Assembly: GCA_013694995.1 (NCBI GenBank) | Contig: JACDBH010000004.1 | Span: 60,828 to 124,827 of the forward strand | Origin: Candidatus Saccharimonadota bacterium | GTDB lineage: Bacteria; Patescibacteriota; Saccharimonadia; Saccharimonadales; JACDBH01 | DNA: 64,000 nucleotides | Direction: 5' to 3' | Shown: piece by piece, positions 62,223 to 64,000 of the stretch | How positions within the stretch are numbered: the first letter of the stretch is position 1 | Layout of the letters: each line of letters begins with the position of its first letter | Notes under the pieces: model-generated | Told to the model about the DNA's origin: nothing | The model's input: only the letters and a program-made list of their open reading frames with translations | The model's database searches: none | Translations under genes and position numbers: made by a program

Positions 62223-62322
62223 GAAATTAGTATAACAGCTTACAACTGAGCATATTTCACAACATAAACGGTTTGCTTTAACAAAAAGCTTATTGCTACA
62301 CTGACATGTAAGTGAAGGTCAT

Positions 62323-62988
62323 ATGAGGCATAGGCATAACCAACGTTCACAGTTGCCTGCTAACCGCGAACTTAGGCAGGGTATAAATCATCGAGCTATT
62401 ACCCGATCGTTTGGTATCAGACGCTTATTGGATGAAGAATCAGCGTCTAGGATTAGAGTTGTTTGGGACGACCTTCAGGAGGACAACGACATACCTGGGG
62501 ACATGGTAGCGAGACCTGAGCCAGGTGTTACGCTGCTGCCAATGTGGCATTTAGGCAACCAAATGAAACGTGGGATAGTGCTGGGCTACAAGCTAGGAAA
62601 GGCAAATGCCGACTTTGAGCACGATGAAAAGCTTAGTACAACGACCTCGGAATCAGTAGAGGCTACCCTTGGTAAAATATTAGTTCATAAACGCCGCGCA
62701 ATTTACGTTGAAGTAGAAAGTGCGCACTTAGACGAAGAAGAAAGAAGCATGTATCGAATACTCGGCAATATTGGATATAAGGGAGCGAACAGAAGAATAG
62801 GTAAGCCGCATCATATAACTATCGGTGATGCTGCTCCCGGATTCAAATTAAGCTTGACTGAAGAGAAACATATCAAAGGGTTGTCGCCAGATGTATTTCA
62901 GGGCGAGACTGTGATGCTCGAACAATGGAATATCTATCCAGACCAAAGCCAAACCAAGCAGTTTGTTGAAATAGTTGATGATTTTTAA
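62323..62988 (+). CDS. Hypothetical protein, possible degenerate 2H phosphoesterase fold
   Basis: PHHITIG second motif and PGVTLL at the first motif position. Confidence 0.55.
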   Translation: MRHRHNQRSQLPANRELRQGINHRAITRSFGIRRLLDEESASRIRVVWDDLQEDNDIPGDMVARPEPGVTLLPMWHLGNQMKRGIVLGYKLGKANADFEHDEKLSTTTSESVEATLGKILVHKRRAIYVEVESAHLDEEERSMYRILGNIGYKGANRRIGKPHHITIGDAAPGFKLSLTEEKHIKGLSPDVFQGETVMLEQWNIYPDQSQTKQFVEIVDDF

Positions 62989-63060
62989 TGTAGCCATATG
63001 CCGGTACATGCAGTAAGGGTCTAGAATTTATCTCTGTTTTCATGTATAATCCTCCCGTTT

Positions 63061-64000
63061 ATGGCGGACTATATAGAGATTAAGGGAGCGAGGGAACATA
63101 ACCTCCGTAACGTGGATTTGACAATACCGCGTGGTAAGCTCGTGGTCATAACCGGCTTAAGTGGCTCGGGCAAATCGTCACTAGCATTCGATACAATCTA
63201 CGCCGAGGGCCAGCGCCGCTATGTGGAGTCTTTAAGTAGCTATGCCCGTCAGTTTTTGGGCATCATGGAAAAACCAGATGTTGATCAAATTGATGGCTTG
63301 AGCCCGGCGATATCAATTGATCAAAAATCTACATCGCGTAACCCGCGCAGCACGGTCGCTACTGTAACAGAAATATATGACTATCTTCGTCTTTTGTATG
63401 CGCGTATCGGTATACCGCACTGTCCGATATGCAATAAAGCTGTTACTCGTCAAACTACCCAGAATATAATTGACCAGATATCTAGATTACCCACTGACGC
63501 CAAGTTAATAGTGCTTGCACCAGTAGTAATAGATAAAAAAGGCGCCTTCGAACATATTCCAGAACAATTCATGCGCCTTGGTTTTGCCCGCGCCCGGGTT
63601 GACCAGGTAATTTATGCCTTGGATGAATTCCCTGAATTAGATAAGAATTATAAACATACGATTGAAATCGTTGTCGATCGGCTCGTTAATGAAGAGACCA
63701 GCCGCACCCGTCTGGCGCAAAGCGTCGAGACTGCGCTTGAGCTGGCGGACGGCAAACTAAAGGTTCATCATGCCGACACCAATCAGGATACGATTTATTC
63801 GTTGCGTTATGCGTGCGTCGACCATCCGGATGTAGCGATACCTGAGCTCGAACCGCGGACGTTTAGTTTTAATTCGCCGCATGGTGCCTGCCCGGTATGC
63901 ACAGGCCTAGGGAACCGCATGGAGGTTGATCCGGAGCTGGTTATCCCCAATGGGCGGCTGACTATCTCGGAAGGAGCCATCAGGCCCTTCAATCGTATAA
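63061..64000 (+). CDS. uvrA: Excinuclease ABC subunit A (N-terminal part, runs off the window end)
   Basis: Own translation [65 protein letters not shown]. Confidence 0.96.
   Translation, partial: MADYIEIKGAREHNLRNVDLTIPRGKLVVITGLSGSGKSSLAFDTIYAEGQRRYVESLSSYARQFLGIMEKPDVDQIDGLSPAISIDQKSTSRNPRSTVATVTEIYDYLRLLYARIGIPHCPICNKAVTRQTTQNIIDQISRLPTDAKLIVLAPVVIDKKGAFEHIPEQFMRLGFARARVDQVIYALDEFPELDKNYKHTIEIVVDRLVNEETSRTRLAQSVETALELADGKLKVHHADTNQDTIYSLRYACVDHPDVAIPELEPRTFSFNSPHGACPVCTGLGNRMEVDPELVIPNGRLTISEGAIRPFNRI

Overview
Bacterial chromosomal window that most resembles a Candidatus Saccharimonadia (TM7/Patescibacteria) genome. This is inferred from the compact gene set, the truncated AlaRS, the FtsA-like/baseplate-J-like pair, the WxL-like and LPxTG surface proteins and the mostly leaderless genes. 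Housekeeping genes: folD, murI, murD, pyk, pgk, tpiA, pcrA, rsmA, metG, tatD, a cysteine desulfurase, mnmA, alaS, ruvX, mltG, obgE, sbcB, partial uvrA, tRNA-Glu(TTC) and tmRNA. Three regions stand out. (1) 36038-42445 is a divergent F-type ATPase cluster with no a subunit. Its c-like hairpin is fused behind a large exported domain and lacks the ion-binding carboxylate. It sits next to a membrane-anchored fibre gene and a WxL/pilin-like cluster, so it may be an ion-uncoupled rotary ATPase acting on a surface structure. (2) About 8360-11340 is a transcription unit with two GC-rich ORFs, very strong Shine-Dalgarno sites, a ~590-nt structured leader and a 3' region with three covarying hairpins. 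(3) 3246-8309 is a possible signalling module: an acyl-transferase-like (LuxI/FeeM-like) gene, a multi-TM GAF histidine kinase and two stand-alone receiver proteins. All assignments were made by eye and no database searches were run.
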